DNA from: an uncultured Opitutaceae bacterium
GTDB taxonomy: Bacteria > Verrucomicrobiota > Verrucomicrobiia > Opitutales > Opitutaceae
Reading direction: 5' to 3'
NCBI GenBank assembly: GCA_964574435.1
Contig: CAZNNO010000009.1
Coordinates: 3,828-67,827, forward strand
Length of the DNA: 64,000 bases
Part shown: piece after piece, positions 43,218 through 51,957 of the stretch
How the letters are laid out: every line of letters starts with the position of its first letter
How positions within the stretch are numbered: position 1 is the first letter of the stretch
The notes under the pieces: model-generated
Told to the model about the DNA's origin: nothing
Seen by the model: only the letters and a program-made list of their open reading frames with translations
Database searches by the model: none
Translations under genes and position numbers: made by a program

Positions 43218-43982
43218 TCAGGACCTCGCCGACGCGCGCTGGCGGCGAGCCAGGAGCGAGAGGCCTGCCAGGGCGACGCCCACCAGGGCGGCCGTGCTGG
43301 ACGCGTCCGGGACGGCGCTTGAGCCGCTGCTAAAATTGGCCGTGAATGCCAGGTCGCCAAAGTCATAACCGTCATCCCAGGTGCCGACCTCGCCGATGTT
43401 CGAGTAATTGAACCCGCCGCCGCCGTCGTTGGCGACATGGCCGAATTCGGTGTCGCCAAAAACGCCGAAGTTGGAGCTCGGTCCGGTGAGGTCGGTCAAA
43501 TCGACGACGTAGCTGTCACCCGCCACAAGTGAAAGTCCGCCAGGGATCGTGACCGTCACCGCATCGAATGCGCCATCGGAAGTGACGGTGAAGCTCGGGC
43601 TCGTGTAGAGCGCTGGTCCCGTGGTGCCCTGGCTTGGGTTGCCCGCCTGGAGGCCGCCCGTCCAGTTGAAGACCTCGCCGATGACGGAATACTGGTCGCC
43701 GACGGCATCGGGAAGGTAGCCATCCGCTCCCGTGGCGCCGTCTGAGCTCCCGACGTAGAAGGTGTAACTGTTGAGGTAGGTGTTTCCGGCAGGCGCGACG
43801 AAGGTTTCACCGTAGGTCGGCGTGTCATCCGCCGATGCCGGGCCAAATGCGCCAATGCTCGAAGCGCCGTCCCATCCTGGGGTCGTGTCGTAGCTCTGGC
43901 CGGCACGTGCGGACGGGGAAAGGCAAACAACCGCCATTGCCCCGGCAGTTATCAGGAATTTTCTCGGGTCGAAATGTGTCAT
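43218..43982 (-). CDS. PEP-CTERM sorting-domain protein
   Basis: ATG at 43982 and a signal peptide. The C-terminus VPDASSTAALVGVALAGLSLLARRQRA is a PEP-CTERM motif, TM helix and basic tail. Confidence 0.75.
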   Translation of the reverse strand: MTHFDPRKFLITAGAMAVVCLSPSARAGQSYDTTPGWDGASSIGAFGPASADDTPTYGETFVAPAGNTYLNSYTFYVGSSDGATGADGYLPDAVGDQYSVIGEVFNWTGGLQAGNPSQGTTGPALYTSPSFTVTSDGAFDAVTVTIPGGLSLVAGDSYVVDLTDLTGPSSNFGVFGDTEFGHVANDGGGGFNYSNIGEVGTWDDGYDFGDLAFTANFSSGSSAVPDASSTAALVGVALAGLSLLARRQRASARS

Positions 43983-44449
43983 GGGGTCGGTGGGTGGATG
44001 GTTAATTTTGCCAAACTGCTCCCCCTAAATGCAAATGTTGGGCCAATTCAATGGCTTGGGCGTTGTCTTTGTATAAGTAACAACTTTGCAATAAGATAAC
44101 GAAGTCGCTGCCCGGCCTGTTTTTGAGCTGAAGTCACGGAATGTAAGATAATCTGACAAATTATAAGGAGAATTGTCGTAGGCAGGTAGTTATGAATTCT
44201 CTCAAATAATTTATTATTAATTTATATACAATAACTTACGTATAACAGTTCCCACGCATTTTTGCACTGGATTGAGCACCGCTGGCTGGGCGCCTTGGAT
44301 TTGAAAATTCCTTACACTTTCCGGCCGGGATTTCACGGTAGCGCCACGCGGTATGCCCAAACCCTACCCCTGGCAGACACCCTGAATAGCGTGTCCCGGG
44401 AGTGACTCACGCTCAATCGAGCGGTCGGCCACGGGCCGCCTCACGAACG
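43983..44449. promoter_or_regulatory. AT-rich 467-bp intergenic region (promoter of the PEP-CTERM gene and 3' flank of the repeat-protein gene)
   Basis: The 44000-44280 core is strongly AT-biased (for example aataatttattattaatttatatacaataacttacgtataac), in a window that is otherwise about two-thirds G+C. No convincing ORF. Confidence 0.35.
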
Positions 44450-47400
44450 TCAGGGAGCCGACGACGGCACGTCGTAGACCTCGATCAATCCGGTCCCGGT
44501 GGTCCCGTTGACACCGCTCACCTGGGCCGTGTACGCGCCCGGTGGCAGGGTCGCGACAAAAGCGGAATCGGCTGAACCGGCAGGGAGCGCGAACGCATCA
44601 ACGCTGGCGATCACGGCCGCCGTGGCCGCCTGGACGCCGGCCGCGACGCTTGAATTGCCCTGGAGGCTGGCGTTGGACCAGCCGACATTGGTCGCAATGA
44701 CGTTGCCGGAGCTATCGTAAAGTGTCAGCTGCGGAGCCGCCAGGGTCCCCGTTACGCCGAAGGAGCCCAGTGCCGGCCCAACGCCGCGGATCAGGAGGGT
44801 TTCCGAGGTCGTTCCCGATACCACAAAACCCGCCACCAAGACGCTCGATCCGCTCCCAACCTGGGCCCGCGCTGACAGATTGGTCAGGTGGGAGGTGGGG
44901 GCGCCGGAGCCGGCATCGGTCAACTCGGCCATTGCGACACCGGTGGCCTGGTTCAGGCCGCTAAGCTTGGCCGTGTACACTCCTGCCGGCAAGTCTGCGA
45001 GCAACGCGCAGTCCGGGGAGCCGACCGGCAGCCCGAAGACGTTGAGCTGCGCAAAAAGGGCCGAACTGGCCGGTTGAACACTGGCCGCGATTGGCGACGG
45101 CCCTGTGGCCAGGGGGCTGCTCCAGCCGCTGTTGGCGGCAATGAGGCTCCCGGACACATCGTAAAGCGAAAGCTGGGGGCTCGCGAGCGGGCCTGCGACC
45201 TGGAAGAGGTCCAGCGATGGACCGATGCCGCGGATCAGCAGCGGCTCGGGGCCGATTCCGGCTACCGCGAATCCCGTCAAAAGGGATTGATCGTCGGTGG
45301 CGCCGACATGGGCGCGGGTGGAGGCGTCAATGAGGCGGGCGTCGGCCGTGACGCCCACGATGGCCGCACCGGTCCCAATCGAGCCATCCGGATTCGTGAC
45401 GACGGCCGTGTAGGTCCCGGCCTGATTTGTTCCGATACTGGCGAGGGTGAGCGTTGGCCCGGTGGCCCCGCCAATGGCGGCACCATTGAACAGCCATTGG
45501 ACCGTGCCCGACGCCGAGACGCTCAGCGTTGGGCTCGCACCCGCTCCAACCGTCAGTGAGGCAGGCGAGACCGCAAGCAGCGTGGCGCCCGACGCCTCCG
45601 GGGCACCCAACGCAGCGGCGCTGCCGGATCCCGGAGTGGCCACCTTGGCCGTCGAACGGGTGTTTGCAGGGATTGCCGTCACCGTCTGTGTCACGCTGGC
45701 GGCGGCTGAATAGGTGGCATTGCCGCCCTGGCTGGCAACGATCGTCACCGGGAGGAGATTCAGGATCTTAAGGCTCGTCCCGGTGATCGTGGCGTCGCCG
45801 CTCAGAACGGTGAGAGTCACGGGAAGACCTGAGGAGGCAGTCGCGCTCAGGGTGTAGGGCAGGCCCTGCATGACGGTGCCGATCGTCGTGAAATTGATCG
45901 TCTGGGAGGCCTGCGCAACCACCACGGTATAAGCCTGGCTCCCCGTGAACGGTGCGCCGACACCCGTTGAACTGTCGGTCGCCGTCACCGTGAAGGTGAA
46001 CGTTCCCGCCGTCGTCGGTCCGCCTGACAGGACGCCCCCGCTCGACAGGAGGAGACCCGGGACCGGAGTACCCGAGGTTACCAAGAAGCTGTAGGGCGGC
46101 GTGCCGCCCGAGGCCGTGATCGTCTGCGAGTAGGCGGCTCCGATCGACGTGCCCGGCAGGCTGCCCGGGCTGACCGTCAACGTGACTGAGCTGATCGTGA
46201 TCACCAGCGTGGCCGTTCCCGTCCCTGCGGCGTTTGTCGCGCCGATCGTCACGTCGAACACCCCGGCCTGGCTGGGAATCCCGGTAATTTGGCCGTTGGC
46301 CGGATTAAGGAGCAAACCGGACGGCAGGCCGATCGCGCTGAAGGACACGGGCGAATCGATTGCCGAGATGGTATAGGTCACGAAGCCGACGCCGACCGTG
46401 CCGCTTGCCGCGAGCGACGCGTCGGAAATCACCGGAGCCAGGTTCGCGGCCGCCACCCAGGTCGGCGCGATGAAGGCCGTGCCCGAGCCGACGCCGTCGC
46501 CCGAAAGAATGCTCCGGGCTCCCCCTGTGGGATTGACCGAGATCACGCTGTTGGCCGTGCCGCTGGCGCCCTCCTCGAAGTAGTAGATTGTCCCGCCCAG
46601 GGTCACGGTGGCAAATTCGGGTACGTCCAGAGCCACGCCGCTTCCGGCGCCGTTGCCGGTGACGAAAGTCCGGTCACCGGTCGAGGGATCGACACGGATG
46701 ATTCCCGAGTTAGATGACGATGTCCCTGCGTCCGAGGCGATCAGGGTGGAGGTCGAAAGGTCCCACGCCAGCCCGGTCACGGCCACGAAGGCGGAGCCGG
46801 AGCCGAGGGGACCGCTTCCTCCAGAGACCAGCGTGCGCGCACCGTTGGCTGGATTGACCGCGACCACTCCATCCGCCGTGCCCGATGCCGTCGTCTCATA
46901 GTAGTAGATTGTGCCGTTGGCAGCCACGGTTGCGAACTGGGGATTGTCAATGGCCGCCCCGCTCCCGAGGCCGTTGCCCGTAATCTGCGTGCGGTTGCCC
47001 GAGGAAGGATCCACGCCCAGGATTCCGGAGTTGTTCGCGGAGGAACCTGAATCGGACACGACCAAGCTCGATGTCGCCAGGTCCCAGGCCAGGCCGCTGA
47101 CGGCGACAAACGCCGGTCCGGTCCCGACGCCGTCGCCTGACACGAGCGCGCGGGCTCCGGTCGCGGGATTTATGGAGAAAACGCCAAGGGCCGTGCCCGA
47201 GGCTGTCGTATCGTAGTAGTAGACCGTCCCGTTTGGCGCCACCGTGACAAGGGTGGGATTATTGAGACTCACGCCGCTGCCAACGCCGTCTCCGGTGACG
47301 ACCGTGCGCGCGCCGCCGGAGCCGGCAGCGTTGATTACAGCGGCCGAAGCGGCGCTTGTACCGGCGTCGGAGACTTCCGCGTCGCCATTCACGGCGGCGC

Positions 47401-47488
47401 GCACGCCCACGGTCAGCCCGAAGCTGACCGCGAGGAGGAGAAGGTTGCTGCTAAATCGGCCCAGCGACCGGCCGAAGACGGATGTCAT
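44450..47488 (-). CDS. Large secreted repeat protein (propeller-type repeats, Ig/cadherin-like domains, duplicated C-terminal module)
   Basis: The ATG at 47488 gives the signal peptide MTSVFGRSLGRFSSNLLLLAVSFGLTVGVRA; the listed TTG at 47539 is the alternative start. Contents: three ~105-aa repeats; PSGLLLNPANGQITGIPSQAGVFDV (putative Ig/dystroglycan-like); GTYTAVVTNPDGS (Ig-like); two C-terminal NLSARAQVG...LLIRGVGP...PQLTLYD modules. Confidence 0.8.
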   Translation of the reverse strand: MTSVFGRSLGRFSSNLLLLAVSFGLTVGVRAAVNGDAEVSDAGTSAASAAVINAAGSGGARTVVTGDGVGSGVSLNNPTLVTVAPNGTVYYYDTTASGTALGVFSINPATGARALVSGDGVGTGPAFVAVSGLAWDLATSSLVVSDSGSSANNSGILGVDPSSGNRTQITGNGLGSGAAIDNPQFATVAANGTIYYYETTASGTADGVVAVNPANGARTLVSGGSGPLGSGSAFVAVTGLAWDLSTSTLIASDAGTSSSNSGIIRVDPSTGDRTFVTGNGAGSGVALDVPEFATVTLGGTIYYFEEGASGTANSVISVNPTGGARSILSGDGVGSGTAFIAPTWVAAANLAPVISDASLAASGTVGVGFVTYTISAIDSPVSFSAIGLPSGLLLNPANGQITGIPSQAGVFDVTIGATNAAGTGTATLVITISSVTLTVSPGSLPGTSIGAAYSQTITASGGTPPYSFLVTSGTPVPGLLLSSGGVLSGGPTTAGTFTFTVTATDSSTGVGAPFTGSQAYTVVVAQASQTINFTTIGTVMQGLPYTLSATASSGLPVTLTVLSGDATITGTSLKILNLLPVTIVASQGGNATYSAAASVTQTVTAIPANTRSTAKVATPGSGSAAALGAPEASGATLLAVSPASLTVGAGASPTLSVSASGTVQWLFNGAAIGGATGPTLTLASIGTNQAGTYTAVVTNPDGSIGTGAAIVGVTADARLIDASTRAHVGATDDQSLLTGFAVAGIGPEPLLIRGIGPSLDLFQVAGPLASPQLSLYDVSGSLIAANSGWSSPLATGPSPIAASVQPASSALFAQLNVFGLPVGSPDCALLADLPAGVYTAKLSGLNQATGVAMAELTDAGSGAPTSHLTNLSARAQVGSGSSVLVAGFVVSGTTSETLLIRGVGPALGSFGVTGTLAAPQLTLYDSSGNVIATNVGWSNASLQGNSSVAAGVQAATAAVIASVDAFALPAGSADSAFVATLPPGAYTAQVSGVNGTTGTGLIEVYDVPSSAP
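46460..47296 (-). repeat. Intragenic tandem repeat, three units of about 315 bp (about 105 aa each)
   Basis: Protein-level repeats start at TGDGVGSGVSLNNP, TGNGLGSGAAIDNP and TGNGAGSGVALDVP, each followed by ..TV..NGT(I/V)YYY(D/E)..ASGT.. and ..GLAWDL(A/S)TS(S/T)L..SD(S/A)G(S/T)S. Coordinates are approximate. Confidence 0.7.
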
Positions 47489-47535
47489 GACGTGGAAGAG
47501 GTGTTGAGTCCGGCCGGAGAACCATGGCGAATGAA

Positions 47536-48048
47536 TCAATTGCGGGAGGGGAAGATACCCTGGAAGGCGATGCAGAAGTTGAGGACCACGGTTGGCTGAA
47601 GCGTCGAAACCGGCACGCTGCCGCCTGCGGCACCGATAGATGCTCCCGCAAGAGCGACAGTGGGGGCCACTGCGTCGTAGATTTCCGGCCCGCTGCGCGC
47701 GGGCTGTGCCAGGAATGCGCCCGAAGGATTCTGGGTCGTGGCGCCGCCGCTACTTGCGCCCAGGCTGTGGGTATGTTGGGGCATGTTCGTCTGAAGGAGC
47801 GTCACCGACTCAGCGCCGCCCGCTTGGCCAAGATCGTAGACCCCCCCTTCCTGGTGGATCGGCACTCGGCCGCGAAAGTCCGGAAGCGCGAAGTTGTTCA
47901 CTCCATTGCCGCCATACGTCGTGCCAAGAATGGAAAAGAGAGCGGTATACTGGGAAATCGCGAGGAGCTGGCCCTGGCACTGGAACCAGCCGGTGGGATT
48001 GAAATTGAAGGAAAAGACCCTAACTTCGCCTAGAAATGGTTCGGACAT
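47536..48048 (-). CDS. Phage tail collar domain protein (MdpB/COG4675-like), paralog 3
   Basis: MSEPFLGEVRVFSFNFNPTGWFQCQGQLLAISQYTALFSILGTTYGGNGVNNFALPDFRGR and C-terminal GIFPSRN. Its stop overlaps the TTG at 47539 of the next ORF. Confidence 0.9.
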   Translation of the reverse strand: MSEPFLGEVRVFSFNFNPTGWFQCQGQLLAISQYTALFSILGTTYGGNGVNNFALPDFRGRVPIHQEGGVYDLGQAGGAESVTLLQTNMPQHTHSLGASSGGATTQNPSGAFLAQPARSGPEIYDAVAPTVALAGASIGAAGGSVPVSTLQPTVVLNFCIAFQGIFPSRN

Positions 48049-48057
48049 GGGACGGCT

Positions 48058-48582
48058 TTAGTTGCGAGATGGGAAGATTCCCTCGAGTGCAATGATGAAG
48101 CTCAAGGCCAGATACGGCTGGAGATTGCTGACGGGCTGGCTGCTGCCTGAGATGCCGAGCGCGGCCGGATTCAGGGCCACGCTGCTTCCGCCGGCGTTGT
48201 AGATGGCCTGATTGCGACCCACGTCGGCCAGCGCTGTACTCGATGACGGAGTTCGCGTGGTCCCCGCAGCACTGCTCGCCAGCAGTTGATGGGTGTGCGT
48301 CGGAAGATTTTCGGAATTAAGGCTGGTATTCTGCGAGCCAAGTGCTTGGCCTATGACGCGGGGAGAAAGCCCCGGTCCCTGTCCCTGCGACATCGGGACG
48401 CTGCTCTGGAGGTTGGGGAGGGCGAAGTTATTCACGCCATTGCCTCCGTAGGTGGTTCCCACAAGGGCGAAAAGCGCCTGATTCTGGTTGATGGCCAGGA
48501 TCTGGCCGTTGCAGAACGCCCAGCCGCGGGGCGCGAAATTTCCCGCAAAGATTCTGATTTCACCTAGGTAAGGAGAGCCCAT
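48058..48582 (-). CDS. Phage tail collar domain protein, paralog 2
   Basis: MGSPYLGEIRIFAGNFAPRGWAFCNGQILAINQNQALFALVGTTYGGNGVNNFALPNLQ and C-terminal EGIFPSRN. Confidence 0.9.
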   Translation of the reverse strand: MGSPYLGEIRIFAGNFAPRGWAFCNGQILAINQNQALFALVGTTYGGNGVNNFALPNLQSSVPMSQGQGPGLSPRVIGQALGSQNTSLNSENLPTHTHQLLASSAAGTTRTPSSSTALADVGRNQAIYNAGGSSVALNPAALGISGSSQPVSNLQPYLALSFIIALEGIFPSRN

Positions 48583-48591
48583 GGGGATGGT

Positions 48592-49113
48592 TCAGTTGCG
48601 GCTTGGGAATATGCCGAAAAGCGCGATGATGAAACTGACGACCAGGTAGGGCTGTTCGCGGGTGAACGGCTGACTGTCCCCGGTCAGGTTCACCGACCCG
48701 GGGAACAGTGTCACGTCGGACGTCGGGGCGTAAAGTGGCGGCCCGTTGCGCAGGGGCTGGCTCAAAAAGTTGCCGTTCGGGCTCCCGAGCGTCGGCGCGT
48801 CACTGCTCGCTAAAAGCTGATGGCTGTGGGCGGGCATCGTCGAATCGTTCAGCGTGACCGTCGTCGAACCCCCAGTCTGGCCAATTTCATTGGTGAATCC
48901 GCCCGGGCTGGTGCCCCAATGCAGCGGAATCCTGCCCTGCAGGTTGGGCAACGCAAACGTGGTCTGGCCGTTGCCACCATAGGTCGTGCCTATGAGGCTG
49001 AAGAGAGCGGCATTCTGCGAGATCGACATGGTCTGACCGTTGCAAAACTGCCACCCGTTCGGCGGGAAATTACCGGCAAACATTCTGATTTCTGCTATAA
49101 ACGGTTCCGCCAT
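48592..49113 (-). CDS. Phage tail collar domain protein, paralog 1
   Basis: MAEPFIAEIRMFAGNFPPNGWQFCNGQTMSISQNAALFSLIGTTYGGNGQTTFALPNLQGR and C-terminal FGIFPSRN. Confidence 0.9.
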   Translation of the reverse strand: MAEPFIAEIRMFAGNFPPNGWQFCNGQTMSISQNAALFSLIGTTYGGNGQTTFALPNLQGRIPLHWGTSPGGFTNEIGQTGGSTTVTLNDSTMPAHSHQLLASSDAPTLGSPNGNFLSQPLRNGPPLYAPTSDVTLFPGSVNLTGDSQPFTREQPYLVVSFIIALFGIFPSRN

Positions 49114-49145
49114 GGGATTGTGATTTTTGTACCGGAGATTAAGAC

Positions 49146-49664
49146 TTGCATTGCGGGGAAGGTCTGGAAGGTGATGGGCGCCTCGTGGGCGACATTGTTA
49201 CTCTGGTTGATTCGACTCCGGGCGACGAAGATTTCCTCTTCAAGGTCTACGCGGGCGTCCGCCGCGAGGAGGTGGCCGCCTGGGGCTGGGACCGCGCACA
49301 GCAGGATGGCTTCTTGAGAATGCAGTTCATGGCGCAACAGGGCGGCTACCGCGCTCGTTTCCCCGATGCCGTGTATTCAATAATCCGATGCGGCGGGATT
49401 CCCGTGGGAAGCATGATCGTCGCACGTGAAAAGGGGGAGATCATGCTCGTCGACATCGCCCTCCTGCCCGAGCACCGGCGCAAGGGAACCGGCCGGAGGC
49501 TTTTGGAGGGACTGCTCGCGGAGTCGGCCAGGACCGGGCTGCCGTTGCGGCTGTCGGTGAGGAGGGACAATCCATCCATCAGGTTGTACTCACAAATCGG
49601 ATTTTCTGTGGTCGCAGAGGACGATGTGTACCTCATGATGGAAAACGGGACGCGGTATAAATGA
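49146..49664 (+). CDS. GNAT family N-acetyltransferase
   Basis: Acetyl-CoA binding motif VDIALLPEHRRKGTGRRLLEGLL and C-terminal YSQIGFSVV. The listed start is TTG at 49146; GTG at 49185 is an alternative. Confidence 0.75.
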   Translation: MHCGEGLEGDGRLVGDIVTLVDSTPGDEDFLFKVYAGVRREEVAAWGWDRAQQDGFLRMQFMAQQGGYRARFPDAVYSIIRCGGIPVGSMIVAREKGEIMLVDIALLPEHRRKGTGRRLLEGLLAESARTGLPLRLSVRRDNPSIRLYSQIGFSVVAEDDVYLMMENGTRYK

Positions 49665-49734
49665 TGACAATCCTTAATATGTCCAAGTAATAAAAGTGAT
49701 TTGCGAATATTTTTTCCGACACCCATTCCCTGCC

Positions 49735-50322
49735 ATGCAATCCAGCCTGCGCCTCGCGGTAACCTTTGACCCGGTCCGTCTGCAAGCCGATCTCGATCGG
49801 ATTCTTACGGATGATTTTGTGCCGCATTTCAACAAGGGATACTATACCGGCGACTGGAGTGTCGTCCCCTTGCGCTCGATCGGCGGTCAGGCGCGGCAGA
49901 TCTACCCCGATCCCACGGCCAAATCCACATGGCAGGACACGCCGCTTCTGGATCGTTGTCCCTATGTGCGTGAGGTTCTTGCGTATTTCCGATGCCCCCA
50001 GCAGGCCGTGCGGTTCATGCGCCTGAAGGCCGGGTCGGTCATCAGGGAGCACCGGGACCTTGCCTTGAGCTTCAAGGACGGGGAGGTTCGCCTGCATATT
50101 CCGGTGCGCACGAACCCCGAGCTGGATTTCCGGTTTGCCGGTCGGCGGGTGGTGATGGCGGAAGGGGAATGCTGGTACCACGATTTCACGGAGCTCCACA
50201 GCGTGGCCAACCGGGGCGAGACGGACCGGATCCACCTGGTGATCGATTGCGTCGTCAACGAGTGGCTGAGCGACCTGCTCCTGTCGGAGTCCGCGCGCGC
50301 CGAGGCCCAGCAGGGCGGCTAG
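49735..50322 (+). CDS. Aspartyl/asparaginyl beta-hydroxylase family (cupin, Fe/2-oxoglutarate) protein
   Basis: The internal ATG at 49735 gives MQSSLRLAVTFDP. Motifs are MRLKAGSVIREHRD, VRLHIPVRTN, ECWYHDF..LHSVAN.G..DRIHLVIDC. The stop overlaps the convergent sulfotransferase stop (CTAG). Confidence 0.8.
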   Translation: MQSSLRLAVTFDPVRLQADLDRILTDDFVPHFNKGYYTGDWSVVPLRSIGGQARQIYPDPTAKSTWQDTPLLDRCPYVREVLAYFRCPQQAVRFMRLKAGSVIREHRDLALSFKDGEVRLHIPVRTNPELDFRFAGRRVVMAEGECWYHDFTELHSVANRGETDRIHLVIDCVVNEWLSDLLLSESARAEAQQGG

Positions 50323-51284
50323 CGCTGCCGCGCCGTTTCCAGCTGTTCGTACAGGCCGCCGAGCCAGACCTGCGCCCGGCGCCGGATTTCCCCCGTGGCC
50401 TCCTCCTGCTTGGCGGCTGAGTCCGCTTGGAAGGCGAACGATGGATTCTTGGCATCGCGGAGGGCGGCAGCGCCCATGCCCGCCTCCTCCTCCGGCGTGA
50501 ATTCGGCGCCGAAATGGCGGGCTATCGCGGCCGGCACGGCCCCGGGCAGCTCGCGGTAATTGACGAGGAGTCCCCGGCCTCGCCCAGTGAAGGCCAATGC
50601 AGCCTTGCAAATCTGCGCCAGGACGCGGGCGGCGTATTCCCCGACGGCGGCCGGGTCGACGCTGGCCGGATCTAGGCCAAGCCGCCGGGGATTGACAAAG
50701 CCAGGGACCGTCTGTGCGCCCGGCACGCGGTGGTGAGAGACCAGCACCTCGACTGGATCACGGTAGAGGAAGATCCACGGCACGCCGGGGAAGGCATCGA
50801 GGATCGCGGGCAACTCCAGGAGATGCCAGCTGTCGAACTTGACGAAGAACCGTGTCTCGGCGCCGCGCGGCCGGGCCCATGCACTCATGAGGCCCCGTAG
50901 CGAGGCGATCCGCGGGTCCGGCGCCGAGGCGCTCATCGGAAAATTGAGCACCTGGTCGAAGGGCGGCGGCTCGGAGACGACGATGTTCGCAGCGACGGCG
51001 GCCAGCATCTGTGAAACCAGCGTCGAGCCGCACCGCGAAAGGTGAAAGACGAATCCGGTGGGCGGGATGCCTGGGCTATCGCGGGCGAGGGTTTCCAGGA
51101 AACCGATCGGGGATTCCCTTCGGAACAGCATGCGCGCGGGATGGCCGAGGGCGTGATTGACCGTCTGCTGGAAGAAGGGATCGGTAAAACGTATGCCGTG
51201 GAAATTGGCCCAGTCGACGACGGGTCCCGACGGACCCCGCCGGACAGAGATCGGCATCCAGTCGCGCCACCGGGAGCTGTTCAC
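50319..51284 (-). CDS. Sulfotransferase family protein
   Basis: 5'-PSB-like loop HLSRCGSTLVSQML and 3'-PB-like FLYRDPVEVLVSHH. The GTG at 51284 overlaps the upstream stop; ATG at 51257 is an alternative. Confidence 0.75.
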   Translation of the reverse strand: MNSSRWRDWMPISVRRGPSGPVVDWANFHGIRFTDPFFQQTVNHALGHPARMLFRRESPIGFLETLARDSPGIPPTGFVFHLSRCGSTLVSQMLAAVAANIVVSEPPPFDQVLNFPMSASAPDPRIASLRGLMSAWARPRGAETRFFVKFDSWHLLELPAILDAFPGVPWIFLYRDPVEVLVSHHRVPGAQTVPGFVNPRRLGLDPASVDPAAVGEYAARVLAQICKAALAFTGRGRGLLVNYRELPGAVPAAIARHFGAEFTPEEEAGMGAAALRDAKNPSFAFQADSAAKQEEATGEIRRRAQVWLGGLYEQLETARQR

Positions 51285-51505
51285 GGTCCGATCCGCCCGC
51301 GCCAGGATCCGCAGGCCGCCGACCAGGCGTCTCGGACCTGGAGCGACGTGAAAACCAGGCCCCTGGCCCGCCCAAGCTCGACGGCCCGATCCGCCATCTT
51401 CTGCACATCCTGAAACACGCCGAGATCCTCCAGCAGCTCGGGCTCCTCCTGCACACGGGCGCTAAACGCCTCGAATGCCGCGCCGGGATTATCCGCGGGC
51501 TTCAA
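51281..51505 (-). CDS. Small Nif11-like domain protein (74-85 aa)
   Basis: AFEAFSARVQEEPELLEDLGVFQDVQKMADRAVELGRARGLVFTSLQV matches the Nif11 N-terminal domain pattern (L..F...V..D..L...L........V..A.E.GF.FT..EL). The TTG at 51505 overlaps the upstream TGA (TTGA); the listed TTG at 51538 would overlap the upstream gene by 37 nt. Its stop overlaps the sulfotransferase start. Confidence 0.5.
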   Translation of the reverse strand: MKPADNPGAAFEAFSARVQEEPELLEDLGVFQDVQKMADRAVELGRARGLVFTSLQVRDAWSAACGSWRGRIGP

Positions 51506-51894
51506 CCGAAGCGATTGAAAATCGCCCGGTAGAAGCAATCGGCGCCGGACTTCGAGCCGGGCACGACGAGGACCGCCATGCGGCCCATCTCGGGGTGCAC
51601 GAAATCGTAGGTGCCCTGGGCCAGCTGCCTGCGGGAATCCCCGCGGAAGCGCAGGGAGGCGGTCTCTATGCCCTGGGATCGCCGGTGACTCACGTCGTCA
51701 AGCGTCAGGCGTTGCGCTCCCTCCGGGCCCGCCACTTCAAAAGAGGTCCCGCGATAACGGGTGAATGCGGCTCCAGACCAACCCTCGGGTCCCACCGCCG
51801 CCGCTCGGGGCTTAGAAAGCCAGCCGACGGACGGGGCGACCGCAAGGGCGGCCGCGCCAACGGCAAGATCACGGATGAAATCGCGTCGTTGCAT
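51502..51894 (-). CDS. Small Tat-signal protein of unknown function
   Basis: ATG at 51894. Twin-arginine motif MQRRDFIRDLAVGAAALAVAP. 130 aa, with a beta-rich C-terminal domain ending YRAIFNRFG. Confidence 0.6.
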   Translation of the reverse strand: MQRRDFIRDLAVGAAALAVAPSVGWLSKPRAAAVGPEGWSGAAFTRYRGTSFEVAGPEGAQRLTLDDVSHRRSQGIETASLRFRGDSRRQLAQGTYDFVHPEMGRMAVLVVPGSKSGADCFYRAIFNRFG

Positions 51895-51957
51895 TGTCTA
51901 ATAGAGACCAGTAGGCAGGCTGGTCGTCCGCGTAAAGGAAAAATCCTCAACAAATTC

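Noticed and set aside
41613-43322. 569-aa plus-strand ORF
   Set aside because: It is antisense to the serine hydrolase (SxxK motif) and overlaps the ends of the MFS and PEP-CTERM genes. Low-complexity composition.
51281-51538. Interpretation of the Nif11-like ORF as a classical Nif11-leader RiPP precursor
   Set aside because: There is no Gly-Gly (or GA/GS) cleavage motif, no adjacent LanM, cyclodehydratase, radical SAM or peptidase-transporter gene, and only ~20 residues after the domain. It is kept as a low-confidence hypothesis, not a call.
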